A stretch of DNA of 64,000 nt. It comes from Pseudofulvimonas gallinarii. GTDB taxonomy: Bacteria > Pseudomonadota > Gammaproteobacteria > Xanthomonadales > UBA2363. This document shows, in pieces, positions 48,551-58,515 of this stretch. Numbering within the stretch: the stretch's first letter is position 1; each line of letters begins with the position of its first letter. The notes below the pieces were generated by a model. That model was not told the origin of the DNA. It was given only the letters and a program-made list of their open reading frames with translations, and ran no database searches. Position numbers and translations under genes: made by a program. The stretch is from the NCBI RefSeq assembly GCF_004343305.1, contig NZ_SMAF01000006.1, positions 127,501 through 191,500 of the forward strand. Direction: 5' to 3'.

Positions 48551-49480
48551 ATGATCACCGTCAGTCCGCGCCAGCTCCAGGTCTTCGCCGCCACGGCGGC
48601 CACCGGCAGCGTGCGCATCGCCGCGGAGCGCCTGCACCTGACGCAACCGGCGGTCAGCATGGCGCTGGCCGACATGGAGTGCATTCTCGGCCGGCCGGTA
48701 TTCGATCGCGCCTCGCGTCGGCTGGTGTTGAACGAGCACGGTCGTCGCCTGCTGCCGCGGGCGCAGGAGCTGCTTCTGCGGCTGGAGGAGTTCGCGCAGG
48801 GCGCGGACAGCGACGGCGAGCTGGTCGGCGAGCTGCGCATCGGTACCAGCAATACGGTCGGCAATTACCTGGTCGGCGACCTGCTGGGCGGATTCATCGC
48901 CGCGCATCCGAAGGTCAACGTTCGCCTGCAGGTCGAGAACACGTCGACCGTCATCACGCGGCTGCTCGCCTTCGATGTCGATATCGCCTGTGTCGAGGGC
49001 GATGTCGCCCATCCCGATCTGGACCAGCAGTTCTGGCGTGATGACCGCCTGTGCATCTGCGCCGCGCCCACGCATGCGCTGGCACGCCGCAGGCGACTGC
49101 GGCCCGAACACTTCGAAGGCGCACGCTGGGTGTTGCGCGAAAGTGGTTCCGCGACGCGCGTGCAGACCGAGCGCGTGCTGGCGGCGTTGCCGGCCGGCCA
49201 TGTCGTGATGGAGCTGGACCAGGCCGAAGCGATCAAGCAGGCCGTGATCGCCGGGCTCGGGCTGGCACTGCTGCCGCAGGTCGCGGTCGCGCTCGACCAT
49301 GCGGCCGGCCGGCTCCAGGTGCTGCCGACGCCATTCCTGCCATTGAAGCGTGGACTGCGACTGGTCACGCACCGGCGACGCTGGCGAGGCCCGCTGCTCG
49401 ACGCGTTCCTGGCAAACGCTACCGCCGACCGGCGTGCCGCACCTACACTGGCCGCTGGTTCTCCACGAGCGCGCCCATGA
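48551..49480 (+). CDS. yeiE: LysR-family transcriptional regulator (YeiE-like), divergent from yeiH
   Basis: HTH LRIAAERLHLTQPAVSMALADME; LysR substrate-binding domain. Confidence 0.8.
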   Translation: MITVSPRQLQVFAATAATGSVRIAAERLHLTQPAVSMALADMECILGRPVFDRASRRLVLNEHGRRLLPRAQELLLRLEEFAQGADSDGELVGELRIGTSNTVGNYLVGDLLGGFIAAHPKVNVRLQVENTSTVITRLLAFDVDIACVEGDVAHPDLDQQFWRDDRLCICAAPTHALARRRRLRPEHFEGARWVLRESGSATRVQTERVLAALPAGHVVMELDQAEAIKQAVIAGLGLALLPQVAVALDHAAGRLQVLPTPFLPLKRGLRLVTHRRRWRGPLLDAFLANATADRRAAPTLAAGSPRARP

Positions 49481-50832
49481 TGACGGATCCGATCGAGACA
49501 CCGGCGGCCGAGCCCGCAGCGGAAACGAAGCATCGTCGCATTGCCTTCGAGCGCCTGCGCGAGCGCACCGACGAACTGGAGCTGCTGGTCTCCGGCCTTA
49601 CCGTGTTCGCGCTGCTGTCGGCGCCCAGCTATCTGCTCGCGTTGTGGATGCGCAGCCACGTTCATCTCGAAGGTGCACTGCACACCACGCTGGGCTTGGC
49701 CGCGCAGATGGGCATCGGCCTGTGTTACGCGCTGGCCGGCCTGTTCCTGTTGCACATCGTCGTGCGCTCCTACTGGATCGGCCTGGTCGGCCTGAAATCA
49801 GCCTTCCCGACGGGCATCCGTTGGGACAAGGCGAAGAACGTCGGACCCTTCACTCGCGACTTTTACCAGCGACGCCTGCCGGACATGGACAGCGTCATCG
49901 ACCAGGCCGACCGGACAGCGTCGATCGTCTTCGCGACGGCCAATGTGGTCGCCATCGCTGTGGTCTGGATGTCGATACTTATCAGCGCCGTCATCGCGCT
50001 TGCCAGCCTGGCGGTGTCCTATCTCGGCCTCTCCGAGCGCGTCCTCGCCTGGATCGTTATCGCCATACTGATGCCGCCGGTTGTCGCCGCGCTGATCGCC
50101 TGGACCATCGACAACTGGGTAATCCCTCTTCGTCCGGCGCTCGCCAGGCGAGTAGGACTGCGCCGCTGCATGGAACTTCTGCTGCGGGTGAACAACATTC
50201 TGCCCATGCGCCTGATCCTGCCGTTGCAGCTGACAACGCATGGCAGTTCACACACGACGCGCTTTTCGGTGCTGCTCGGCCTGCTGATCTTCCTGGTGCC
50301 ACTGGCAGGCTCGCTGACGGTGGCGGCCGAGGGCCGCTTCTCGCTGCTCGGCAACTACAGCTGGTTCGATGACGACAGCCTCAACGAAGGACTGCGCAGC
50401 GTGCACTACGAGGACATGCGCACGTCGGCCGAGGCCGGCCAGCCGGTGCCCACCATTCCGTCCGACCGCATCGCCGAAGCCTGGTTGCGCCTGTTCCTGC
50501 CGCACATGCCGGCGCGCGACAACGCGCTGCTGGCAAAAACCTGTGCCAGCTCGGGCCAGGGGCAGGCGCCGCGACACGACTGCACCGCGCGCCTCTGGCA
50601 GGTGCGCCTGGGCGACACGCTGGTGGATCCGTCCACGTTCGTCGCCACCGAGCGTCGCGACCTGGGCTGGCGCGGCTTCCAGGCCTACCTGCCGATGCAG
50701 GGCCTGGCGCCCGGTCGCTATGACCTGCACGTGGTCTGGAATCCGGAAGGCGACGACAGCGGCCTGCACCGCCGCCGCGAATACCGCATTCCGTTCTGGC
50801 TTTCGCCGGGCTTCGAACTGTCGGTGCCCTGA
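49477..50832 (+). CDS. membrane protein, hypothetical (451 aa), translationally coupled to the LysR gene
   Basis: Track ORF 49051..50832(+). Start ATGATG overlaps the yeiE stop (ATGA). About 6 TM helices, then a C-terminal soluble domain. Confidence 0.55.
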   Translation: MMTDPIETPAAEPAAETKHRRIAFERLRERTDELELLVSGLTVFALLSAPSYLLALWMRSHVHLEGALHTTLGLAAQMGIGLCYALAGLFLLHIVVRSYWIGLVGLKSAFPTGIRWDKAKNVGPFTRDFYQRRLPDMDSVIDQADRTASIVFATANVVAIAVVWMSILISAVIALASLAVSYLGLSERVLAWIVIAILMPPVVAALIAWTIDNWVIPLRPALARRVGLRRCMELLLRVNNILPMRLILPLQLTTHGSSHTTRFSVLLGLLIFLVPLAGSLTVAAEGRFSLLGNYSWFDDDSLNEGLRSVHYEDMRTSAEAGQPVPTIPSDRIAEAWLRLFLPHMPARDNALLAKTCASSGQGQAPRHDCTARLWQVRLGDTLVDPSTFVATERRDLGWRGFQAYLPMQGLAPGRYDLHVVWNPEGDDSGLHRRREYRIPFWLSPGFELSVP

Positions 50833-50896
50833 GGCGAGGTCCAGGCGCCAGCGGCCTATGCGACTGCGTGCATGCGTGGCGGGCGGCGGTGCCTGG

Positions 50897-52873
50897 CTAG
50901 CCGTCCAGCAACGCCGCCATCCGCGCCAGGTGAGCCGCCGCGAGGTCGCGGGCATGCTCGGCATCCCGTTCCGGCTCGCGGCCTTCCCAGTGCAGTTCCT
51001 TCGCCGGCAGTTCGTCCAGGAAGCGGCTGGGCGTGCAGGCTTCCACCGACCCGAAGCGGCGTCGCTTCTCGCTGTAGCTCAGCAGCAGCGTCTGCCTGGC
51101 GCGCGTCAGGCCGACATAGAACAGGCGGCGTTCCTCTTCGACGCGGCCTTCATCGACTGCCGAGGCATGCGGGAACGTGCCGTCTTCCAGGCCGACCAGC
51201 GCGACATGGCGGAATTCCAGGCCCTTCGCCGCGTGCAGGGTCATCAGGCGCACGCCGTCGCGATCGTCGTCGTCGGCATCGCTGAGCAGGCTCACCACCT
51301 GCGTCAGCTCGGCCAGGCCGCTGCGCCGCTGCCGCGCGAAGCCGGCGAGGATGTTCTTCAGCGCGTCGATGTTGCGCTGGCGGCGCTGCCGCTGCTCCGG
51401 CGTCTTGTCGAGCGTGTCCAGGTATTCGCTGTAACCGATGCGGTCGAGCACTTCGGCCAGCAGCTCGTCGGGCGCGGTGCGATTGGCCTGCCGGCGCCAT
51501 TCCGACAGCAGGTGTTCGAACTGCGCCAACGCCGCCGACGGGCGCGCCGGCAGCTGGGCCAGCACGCTGTCCTGGCCTGCGGCCTGCGACAGCGAGAGAT
51601 TGAGTCGCGCCGCCTGTTCGCCCAGGCGTTCCAGCGTGGTCGCACCGATCTCCCGGCGCGGCGTGTTGATGACGCGCAGGAAAGCGCCGTCGTCACTGGG
51701 ATTGGCGATCAGGCGCAGGTAGGCCAGCGCATCCTTGACCTCGGCACAGTCGAACAGCGAATCGCCGCCGGCGATCACATAGGGCGTGCTGGTCAGGCGC
51801 AGCGCCTGTTCCAGCGCGCGTGCCTGGTGGTTGCCGCGGTAGAGCACGGCGCAGTCCGACCAGCGGCACTTGCCGTTCTCCTTGCGCGCGATCAGCTCGC
51901 CGACGACGCGCTCGGCCTCGTGGTCGTTGTCGCGGCAGACCAGCACGCGGATCGGCGGACCTTCCGGCAGGTCGCTCCACAGCGTCTTCGGATGCACGCG
52001 CGGGTTGTGGCCGATCACCGCGTTGGCCGCACGCAGGATGCGCGCGGCGCAGCGGTAGTTCTGTTCGAGCTTGACGATGCGCAGGGCAGGATAGTCCTCG
52101 CCCAGGCGGTTGAGGTTTTCCGGATCGGCGCCGCGCCAGGCATAGATCGACTGGTCGTCGTCGCCGACGGCGGTGAAGGCGCCCCGCTCGCCGGCCAGCG
52201 CCTTGAGCAGGCGGTACTGCGCGCTGTTGGTGTCCTGGTACTCGTCCACCATCAGGTAGCGGTAGCGCGCCTGCCAGCGCGAGCGCAGGCTTTCGTGCTC
52301 TTCCAGCATCGCCACCGGCAGCCGGATCAGGTCGTCGAAGTCCACCGCGTTGAAGGCGGCGAGACGCTTCTGGTAGCTGGCGTACAGTTCCGCCGCCTGG
52401 CGTTCGCGAGCGCCGCCGGCCAGCGCCATCGCCTGTCCGGGGTCGTGGCCCTGGTTCTTCAACTGGCTGATCGTGTTCTTCAGCCAGAACAGGTTGTCCT
52501 TGCTGATCCCGGACGGCGCCAGCTCCTTCAGCAGCTTGAAGCTCTCGTCGGCGTCCAGCACGGAGAAGCCCGGACGCAGGCCGGCGAAGCGTGCCTCGGC
52601 CTGCATCATGCGCAGGCCCAGCGCATGGAAGGTGCAGATCGTCAGCCCTTCGGCCTGGGCGCGCAGGCGCGCGGCCGCGCGCTCGCGCATCTCGCGCGCC
52701 GCCTTGTTGGTGAACGTGATCGCCAGCAGCTGCTCCGGCGCGAATCCGCGCTCGACCAGATAGGCCAGTTTCTCGGTGACCACGCGCGTCTTGCCTGAAC
52801 CGGCGCCGGCCAGGACCAGCAGCGGGCCATCGATGTGCCGCACGGCGGCGTTCTGGGCGGGATTGAGTTGCAC
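50897..52873 (-). CDS. rep: ATP-dependent DNA helicase Rep (UvrD/Rep superfamily 1)
   Basis: LNPAQNAAV...LLVLAGAGSGKTRVVT is SF1 motif I; DEYQDTN; 658 aa is the Rep-like size. Confidence 0.8.
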   Translation of the reverse strand: MQLNPAQNAAVRHIDGPLLVLAGAGSGKTRVVTEKLAYLVERGFAPEQLLAITFTNKAAREMRERAAARLRAQAEGLTICTFHALGLRMMQAEARFAGLRPGFSVLDADESFKLLKELAPSGISKDNLFWLKNTISQLKNQGHDPGQAMALAGGARERQAAELYASYQKRLAAFNAVDFDDLIRLPVAMLEEHESLRSRWQARYRYLMVDEYQDTNSAQYRLLKALAGERGAFTAVGDDDQSIYAWRGADPENLNRLGEDYPALRIVKLEQNYRCAARILRAANAVIGHNPRVHPKTLWSDLPEGPPIRVLVCRDNDHEAERVVGELIARKENGKCRWSDCAVLYRGNHQARALEQALRLTSTPYVIAGGDSLFDCAEVKDALAYLRLIANPSDDGAFLRVINTPRREIGATTLERLGEQAARLNLSLSQAAGQDSVLAQLPARPSAALAQFEHLLSEWRRQANRTAPDELLAEVLDRIGYSEYLDTLDKTPEQRQRRQRNIDALKNILAGFARQRRSGLAELTQVVSLLSDADDDDRDGVRLMTLHAAKGLEFRHVALVGLEDGTFPHASAVDEGRVEEERRLFYVGLTRARQTLLLSYSEKRRRFGSVEACTPSRFLDELPAKELHWEGREPERDAEHARDLAAAHLARMAALLDG

Positions 52874-53014
52874 GGCTCAGGCGTCAGGATCAGTGCCGAT
52901 GATCGCATGCCCGCTGCGACCGCCACAGACTTGACTGGATCGCCTGACATCGTGGAGGCGGCGTGATTCCCCGGGCGAGTCCTGCCAGGCGAAGCCTGGG
53001 CCGCCGCCGCGCGG

Positions 53015-56000
53015 TCACTCCTTCGTGCGCTGGCGGCGGCGGGCGACGCGCTCGGCGATGTCGGCGAGGGCGCGGCGTTCGGCGGACAGGGGTTCATCGC
53101 GGCCGCGTGGCGTGGAACGGGCGGGTGCTTTGCCCTCGCGAGCGGAAGCGCCGGCAGCCGGCCTGGCCGTGTCAGGTTGTCCGGAACCGCTGCGGGTGCC
53201 TGGCGCGCCTCCCGCCTGCGTGGTGCGGGCAGGCGGGGCGACGGCAGGGGCTGCAAGGAGCGATCGCGCTTCAAGGCGCTCGAACAGGCGTTCGGTCATT
53301 TTCGCGGTGATCAGTTGCAGTTCCAGCTGGTCGTCGTCGTTGTCGCGCAACGCTTCGGTGAGCGGCGCCAGCGCCTTCTCCAGCGCCAGCCGCAGGCCGG
53401 CCAGCATGCGCGTGTCGGGACGGGCCGATGGGGACGGCGCCTGCGCCTGCAAGGGCACCGTGCCGCGTTCGCCGAGCAGCCGTTCCAGCTTCGCGAGGAT
53501 GTCCTGCCACGGTACGTCGCGGGTGGCGGCATCCCGGACGCCGCTGTCGAGCCCGCGCACGCCTTCGACGAGGTCGACCAGCTGCGCGACGACGCGGTCG
53601 CCGACTTCGGCATCGTCGCCGCCCATCGCCTTGTTGCGCAGGAAATCGCGCTTGATCTGCGCCCAGCGTGCGGTCTGCTCCGCGTCCAGCGTGCCGCGCA
53701 GTTCGGCGAGCTTGAGCAGGTTTTCCTCGGCGCCGGTGGTCAGCAGCTGTGCTTCGCCGCGATAGTGGTCGGCGATCAGCTGGTCCAGCTCGGCGGCATT
53801 CATCACCGGCGCGATCTTCTCGGCTAGCTTGTTCATGTTGCGGTAGCTGCCCTGCAGCTTGAACGGCGGCTCGGTGCGGTAGCGGTCCGCCTGCGCTGCG
53901 CTGGCGATGTACTGCTGGTTGACGCGATAGACGATCTCGCGCACGGCGAGCATGCGTTCCAGCACGGCGGAAATCTCGTTGATCTCGGCGCCGCTGTAGG
54001 CATGCGACAGGCTGTTGGCCGAGAAGGCGCGGCCTTCGACCTTGTCGACAAAGCGGTAGACGTCGTCCATCGGCCGCGTCGCCAGCGGCGCCAGCACGGC
54101 GTTGGAGGTCAGGCTGTTCTCGATGTAGCTGAGCTTGAACGCGTCTTCCATGCCGCCGAGCACGTCGCCCAGGTTGTAGATGTCGGCGCGGTTGGCGAGC
54201 ATGTCGGGAATCCTGAAGACTTCGCCGGATTCGGTGTACGGGTTGCCGGCCATGACGACGCAGAACTTGCGTCCGCGCAGGTCATAGGTCTTGCTCCGGC
54301 CCTTCCAGACGCCTTCGATGCGGCGGGTACCGTCGCAGAGCGAGATGAACTTCTGCAGGAACTCCGGGTGCGTGTGCTGGATGTCGTCGACATACAGCAT
54401 CACGTTGCTGCCCATCTCCAGCGCCAGGTTGAGTTTCTCCAGCTCCTGCGCCGAGGTGGCGTCCGGTGCCTGCGCCGGGTCCAGCGAGTGCACCTCGTGG
54501 CCCAGTGCCGGGCCGTTGATCTTCATGAACACCAGGCCGAGGCGATGGGCGACGTACTCCATCAGCGTCGTCTTGCCGTAGCCGGGCGGCGAGATCAGCA
54601 TCAGCAGGCCCATCAGGTCGCTGCGCTTGTTCTCGCCGACCGTGCCCATCTGCTTGGCCAGGTTGTCGCCGATGATGCCGAGATAGACGTCGTTGATCAG
54701 CCTGTTGCGCACGAACGAGCTGAGCGGTCGCGGCTTGAACTCGTCCAGGCGCAGGCGCTCGCGTTCGCGCGCGACGATGTCGTGGCGCAGCTGCTGGAAG
54801 CGCTCCCAGCCGGGCAGGAAGCGCGTGCGGTGCGCGTGCAGGCGGGCATCGAAGTCGTCCACGGCCAGCGCCATCGCGCCGTCGTGGATGCGGGCATGGT
54901 CGCCGAGCAGGCCGGTGACATCGACGCGCAGGTCCACCTGGCTGATGCGATGCGCCAGCGACGCGGGCCACAGCTGCAGGGCGACGGCTTCGTCGATGTT
55001 CGGCGCCAGGACGGCATGCGTCGCATCGGCACACAGCGCCAGAAGCCAATGGCGCACCAGCGCGACGGCTTCGCCCGGGCGCTGGCCGGCGTCCTTCAAG
55101 GCCTGTTCGTAGTCGTCGCGGACGTGCGCCTGGTCCAGCCGCGCGTGCAGCGCGTCCAGCAGCTGTCTTGCCGCGGCGGTGAACTGGAATTCCGGATGGT
55201 CGGCGGAGAGCTCGGCGACCAGGTAGGACGCCGCGCGCCCCGGGTCGGCGGCACCCAGCGGCAGCGCATGCGTATCGGAGAACCGCTGCAGTCCGGTGGC
55301 GATCTCGGCCTGCAGTTCTTCCAGCGCCTGCCGCTGTCCGAGCAGGCGCGCGATGTGCCGTGCATTGCGGGCGCGGCGCGGCCACTGCGCAGCGTTGTCG
55401 TCGGCCTGCAGAAGCGGCCAGGCCATGCACGCCAGCGCCCGTGCCGCCGGCTCGTGCACCAGCACGCCGGCCTGGTCGTAGAGCGGCAGCACCGCCTTCA
55501 GGATCAGCGACGCGTCGTGGTCGTGGATACCCTTCTCGTAGCCGTCGCGGTACCGCGCGGCGGCGAAGTCGCGCACCAGCCGCAGCAGCTCCTCCGGCTG
55601 GCTCAGGTTCCGTCTCAGGCCGTCGAGCGACAGGCCTTCGCGTTCGGCGCGTGCGGCGGCGAGCACTTCGCCGGCCAGGTATTCGCCGCGATACAGCGTC
55701 GGCGATTCCGACGCCAGGCCAACCGACCAGTAGTCGCGCAACGCATCCAGCGCCGCATCCTCGATCGGCTCGAAGTAGTCGGTGCCGGTCAGGTGCAGCG
55801 CGAGGTGGTCGCCACGCGGCAGCAGGGTGAGATCCAGCTCCTGCGTGTTGACGCTGAAACGGTGGCGGGGTCCGAGGCGGATGACGTCGCCGCCGCCCTC
55901 GAACAGCTCGCTGCGGTCGCGCAGGGCACGAACGGCCTGGTCGCGCGCGCCCTTGAGGCGTGCCTCGACATCGTCGGCGCGGACGTTGTCCTTGAGCTCG

Positions 56001-58480
56001 CGCAGGCGCACCGCCAGTTCGCGCAGCTTGAGGATCAATGCGTCGCCGGCGAAGAAGGCGTTGAGTTCGTCGCCGTCCTTCAGGCGCGCGGTACGCCGCG
56101 GCAGGCCGTCGATGATGCGCCGGGCGGCATCGAACACCGCGACCGCCTTGCGCTGGCGGTCGTCAAGCAGGGCCTGCTTGTGGGCGTCGAAGGTGTCGAG
56201 CAGTTCTTCGCGCTTGGCGAGGATGTCGGCCAGGAACTGGTCGTGCTCGCCGAACTGGCTTTCCAGCTCTTCCAGCTGCACCAGCAGCCGTGACAGCTGT
56301 TCGTCGCAGCGCTCCGGATCGGTGGCGCTGGCCAGTGCGCCGGCAACGCTCTGCCCGAACAGGGTGAACTGGGCGCCGAACTGCGCGACCGCCTCGCTCG
56401 AACCCATGCTGCGGCGGCGCTGTTCGGCGCGCGCCTTGGTCTGGTTGAGGCGGGCATACAGCGCTGACAGCGCGTCGACCACGCGCGTGCGCTCGGTGGC
56501 GTCCTCGACGCGCAGGCTGGCCATCAACTCGGACAGCATGTCCAGGTCGCCGGCCATGGCGGCCATGGCCTGCAGCGGCGCCGCCAGCTGTGATGTCGTC
56601 GCCGCCGCCTGTGCTTCCCGGTCGAGCGTTTCCAGTCGCGCGTGGAACGGCTGCAATGCGGTGTCGCTGGCCAGGAAAGTGCTGGTCGCGGCGCCGACGC
56701 GTTCGTGCCCGGCGATGATGTCCGCTTCCATAGCGTCGATGGCCGCGGTGTCGATGTAGCGCAGCTCGCGGATGCTGAGCAGGTGGCCGCGCTGGCGGTT
56801 CAGCGCCGACAGCGCATCGACGAATTCCTGCGCTTCGCGCCAGTCCTCGGGCCGCAGGCTGGCCAGCAGTTCCTGCTGGCGCGTCTGCGCCTGCGCCATC
56901 GCACGAGACGACTGCCGACGGATGTCCTCGACCTTTTCGTATTCGTCGAGCACCGCCTCGCTGGTGGCGGCGATGTCGCGGACGACGGCGCCGGTGTCGC
57001 CGCACTCGCGGTCCGCCAGCCAGTGGTGCAGGTCGAACAGCCGCTTGCTGGCCTGCGCCAGTACTTCGTAACGCTGCAGCGAGACGTCGGTGGCCTCGAT
57101 CCCGCGTGCCAGGCTGTACAGGTCGGAGATGCCGCGCACCAGTTCGGCGTTGCCGATGCGCGCCATGAACCCGGTGCCGGCCGGTTGCGCGGCGGCGTAT
57201 TCGTCGCTGTGGAAAGGCGTGCGCCACACCTGCATCGGATGCACGCGTGTCGGCTCGTCGCTCTCGGCGCTGAAGACGACCATGCGGCCGTCGTCCAGGC
57301 GCGCGTAGCCGTGGCCGAAGATCGGTGTCTGCAGCGCGCGCTCGATCAGGTTGTAGGTGAACAGCGCGGTGCGGCCGGACTGCGGCTCGAAGAAGATGTA
57401 CAGCACGTCCTCGCCGTTCGGCGAGCGGATGGCGCGCTTGAAGCGCATGCCGTCCATCGACTGCTCGAAGCGCTTGCTCTCGCCGTTCTGCAGGTAGTAG
57501 CCGCCGGGGAAAACGATGCCGTGGTCTTCCGGCAGCTGGATGCAGGACTGGCCGATGGCGTCGATGCGCTCGACCTTGCGCGTCAGCGTGTTGAAGACCA
57601 GGTGGCGCCACTGCGTCTCGCGGTAGGGCAGTACGCGCAGCAGGATCAGGCTGCCGACGCGGGCGAACTCGATTTCGGCGTCGTCCAGCGACTGCGTCTT
57701 GTCCTCGACCGGTTCGCGATAGACGCCAAGGCCATCCTCGGTGTTGTCCTCCACCTTGATGGTCAGGTCGCCGCCGATGGTCTCGACGAATACGCTGTCG
57801 AGGATGTTGATGTGTGGATGGCGGCCGTTGACGGCCATCTCGCGCGTCGTCGGCGTCCACTCGAAATCGAACGGCGCCGGCAGCGCGATGTCGCGCTCGC
57901 CGCGGTTGTCGATGTAGCGGACTTCGCGGCCATCGACAGAGACCGACCAGCGGAACACGCGCAGGTCGGTGATGCGCTCGCCGATCTGGAACGCCGCCAG
58001 CAGCTTGCCGTCGCGCACCGCCAGCCGCTGCAGGCGCGTGTCCTTGTAGTAGGCGTACAGCTCGCGGAAATCGTTGACGAAGCCGGGCGCGTCGAGGAAA
58101 GTGCCGGCCAGCTCGACCGCCGCCACCTCGTAGCCGTCGTCGTCGCCCGGTACCAGCCGGTACAGCGAGAAAACGTCGCCGACCTGGGTTTCCTTCTTCA
58201 GGCCCAGGAAGACGTTGTAGCCGAACACCATCAGCTCGCCGACCTGGACGATGTCGCGGGCGACGCAGTTGTGTTCGGTACGCACGCGCACGCGCGCCAC
58301 CACCTCCATCGCGCTGCTGCCGAATTCGGCAAGGCGACGGCTGTTCAGTCCATCGGCCAGCGCACGCAGCCGCTGGCCCTGTTCGGCCAGGCGGCGCGCC
58401 AGCACTTCGTAGGCGCCGCCTTCGGCGACGGCGCGGTCAACGGCCGAGGTGTCGGTGCCGGTTTCGGTGGTGTCGGTCAT
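53015..58480 (-). CDS. giant (1821 aa) protein with a single MoxR/dynein-type AAA+ ATPase module, in operon with flotillin and an NfeD-like gene
   Basis: Walker A LISPPGYGKTTL (encoded about 54566-54590), Walker B VMLYVDDIQH (about 54373-54396), sensor-1 CVVMAGNPY, Arg region RIPDMLANRADIY. About 1250 aa N-terminal with no motif I recognise; Ala/Pro/Arg-rich C-terminal tail. Lies 35 bp downstream of the flotillin gene on the same strand. Confidence 0.8.
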   Translation of the reverse strand: MTDTTETGTDTSAVDRAVAEGGAYEVLARRLAEQGQRLRALADGLNSRRLAEFGSSAMEVVARVRVRTEHNCVARDIVQVGELMVFGYNVFLGLKKETQVGDVFSLYRLVPGDDDGYEVAAVELAGTFLDAPGFVNDFRELYAYYKDTRLQRLAVRDGKLLAAFQIGERITDLRVFRWSVSVDGREVRYIDNRGERDIALPAPFDFEWTPTTREMAVNGRHPHINILDSVFVETIGGDLTIKVEDNTEDGLGVYREPVEDKTQSLDDAEIEFARVGSLILLRVLPYRETQWRHLVFNTLTRKVERIDAIGQSCIQLPEDHGIVFPGGYYLQNGESKRFEQSMDGMRFKRAIRSPNGEDVLYIFFEPQSGRTALFTYNLIERALQTPIFGHGYARLDDGRMVVFSAESDEPTRVHPMQVWRTPFHSDEYAAAQPAGTGFMARIGNAELVRGISDLYSLARGIEATDVSLQRYEVLAQASKRLFDLHHWLADRECGDTGAVVRDIAATSEAVLDEYEKVEDIRRQSSRAMAQAQTRQQELLASLRPEDWREAQEFVDALSALNRQRGHLLSIRELRYIDTAAIDAMEADIIAGHERVGAATSTFLASDTALQPFHARLETLDREAQAAATTSQLAAPLQAMAAMAGDLDMLSELMASLRVEDATERTRVVDALSALYARLNQTKARAEQRRRSMGSSEAVAQFGAQFTLFGQSVAGALASATDPERCDEQLSRLLVQLEELESQFGEHDQFLADILAKREELLDTFDAHKQALLDDRQRKAVAVFDAARRIIDGLPRRTARLKDGDELNAFFAGDALILKLRELAVRLRELKDNVRADDVEARLKGARDQAVRALRDRSELFEGGGDVIRLGPRHRFSVNTQELDLTLLPRGDHLALHLTGTDYFEPIEDAALDALRDYWSVGLASESPTLYRGEYLAGEVLAAARAEREGLSLDGLRRNLSQPEELLRLVRDFAAARYRDGYEKGIHDHDASLILKAVLPLYDQAGVLVHEPAARALACMAWPLLQADDNAAQWPRRARNARHIARLLGQRQALEELQAEIATGLQRFSDTHALPLGAADPGRAASYLVAELSADHPEFQFTAAARQLLDALHARLDQAHVRDDYEQALKDAGQRPGEAVALVRHWLLALCADATHAVLAPNIDEAVALQLWPASLAHRISQVDLRVDVTGLLGDHARIHDGAMALAVDDFDARLHAHRTRFLPGWERFQQLRHDIVARERERLRLDEFKPRPLSSFVRNRLINDVYLGIIGDNLAKQMGTVGENKRSDLMGLLMLISPPGYGKTTLMEYVAHRLGLVFMKINGPALGHEVHSLDPAQAPDATSAQELEKLNLALEMGSNVMLYVDDIQHTHPEFLQKFISLCDGTRRIEGVWKGRSKTYDLRGRKFCVVMAGNPYTESGEVFRIPDMLANRADIYNLGDVLGGMEDAFKLSYIENSLTSNAVLAPLATRPMDDVYRFVDKVEGRAFSANSLSHAYSGAEINEISAVLERMLAVREIVYRVNQQYIASAAQADRYRTEPPFKLQGSYRNMNKLAEKIAPVMNAAELDQLIADHYRGEAQLLTTGAEENLLKLAELRGTLDAEQTARWAQIKRDFLRNKAMGGDDAEVGDRVVAQLVDLVEGVRGLDSGVRDAATRDVPWQDILAKLERLLGERGTVPLQAQAPSPSARPDTRMLAGLRLALEKALAPLTEALRDNDDDQLELQLITAKMTERLFERLEARSLLAAPAVAPPARTTQAGGAPGTRSGSGQPDTARPAAGASAREGKAPARSTPRGRDEPLSAERRALADIAERVARRRQRTKE

Positions 58481-58515
58481 GCGCTGCGATGGTCAGGCCA
58501 CAGTCGGGAATCGGC

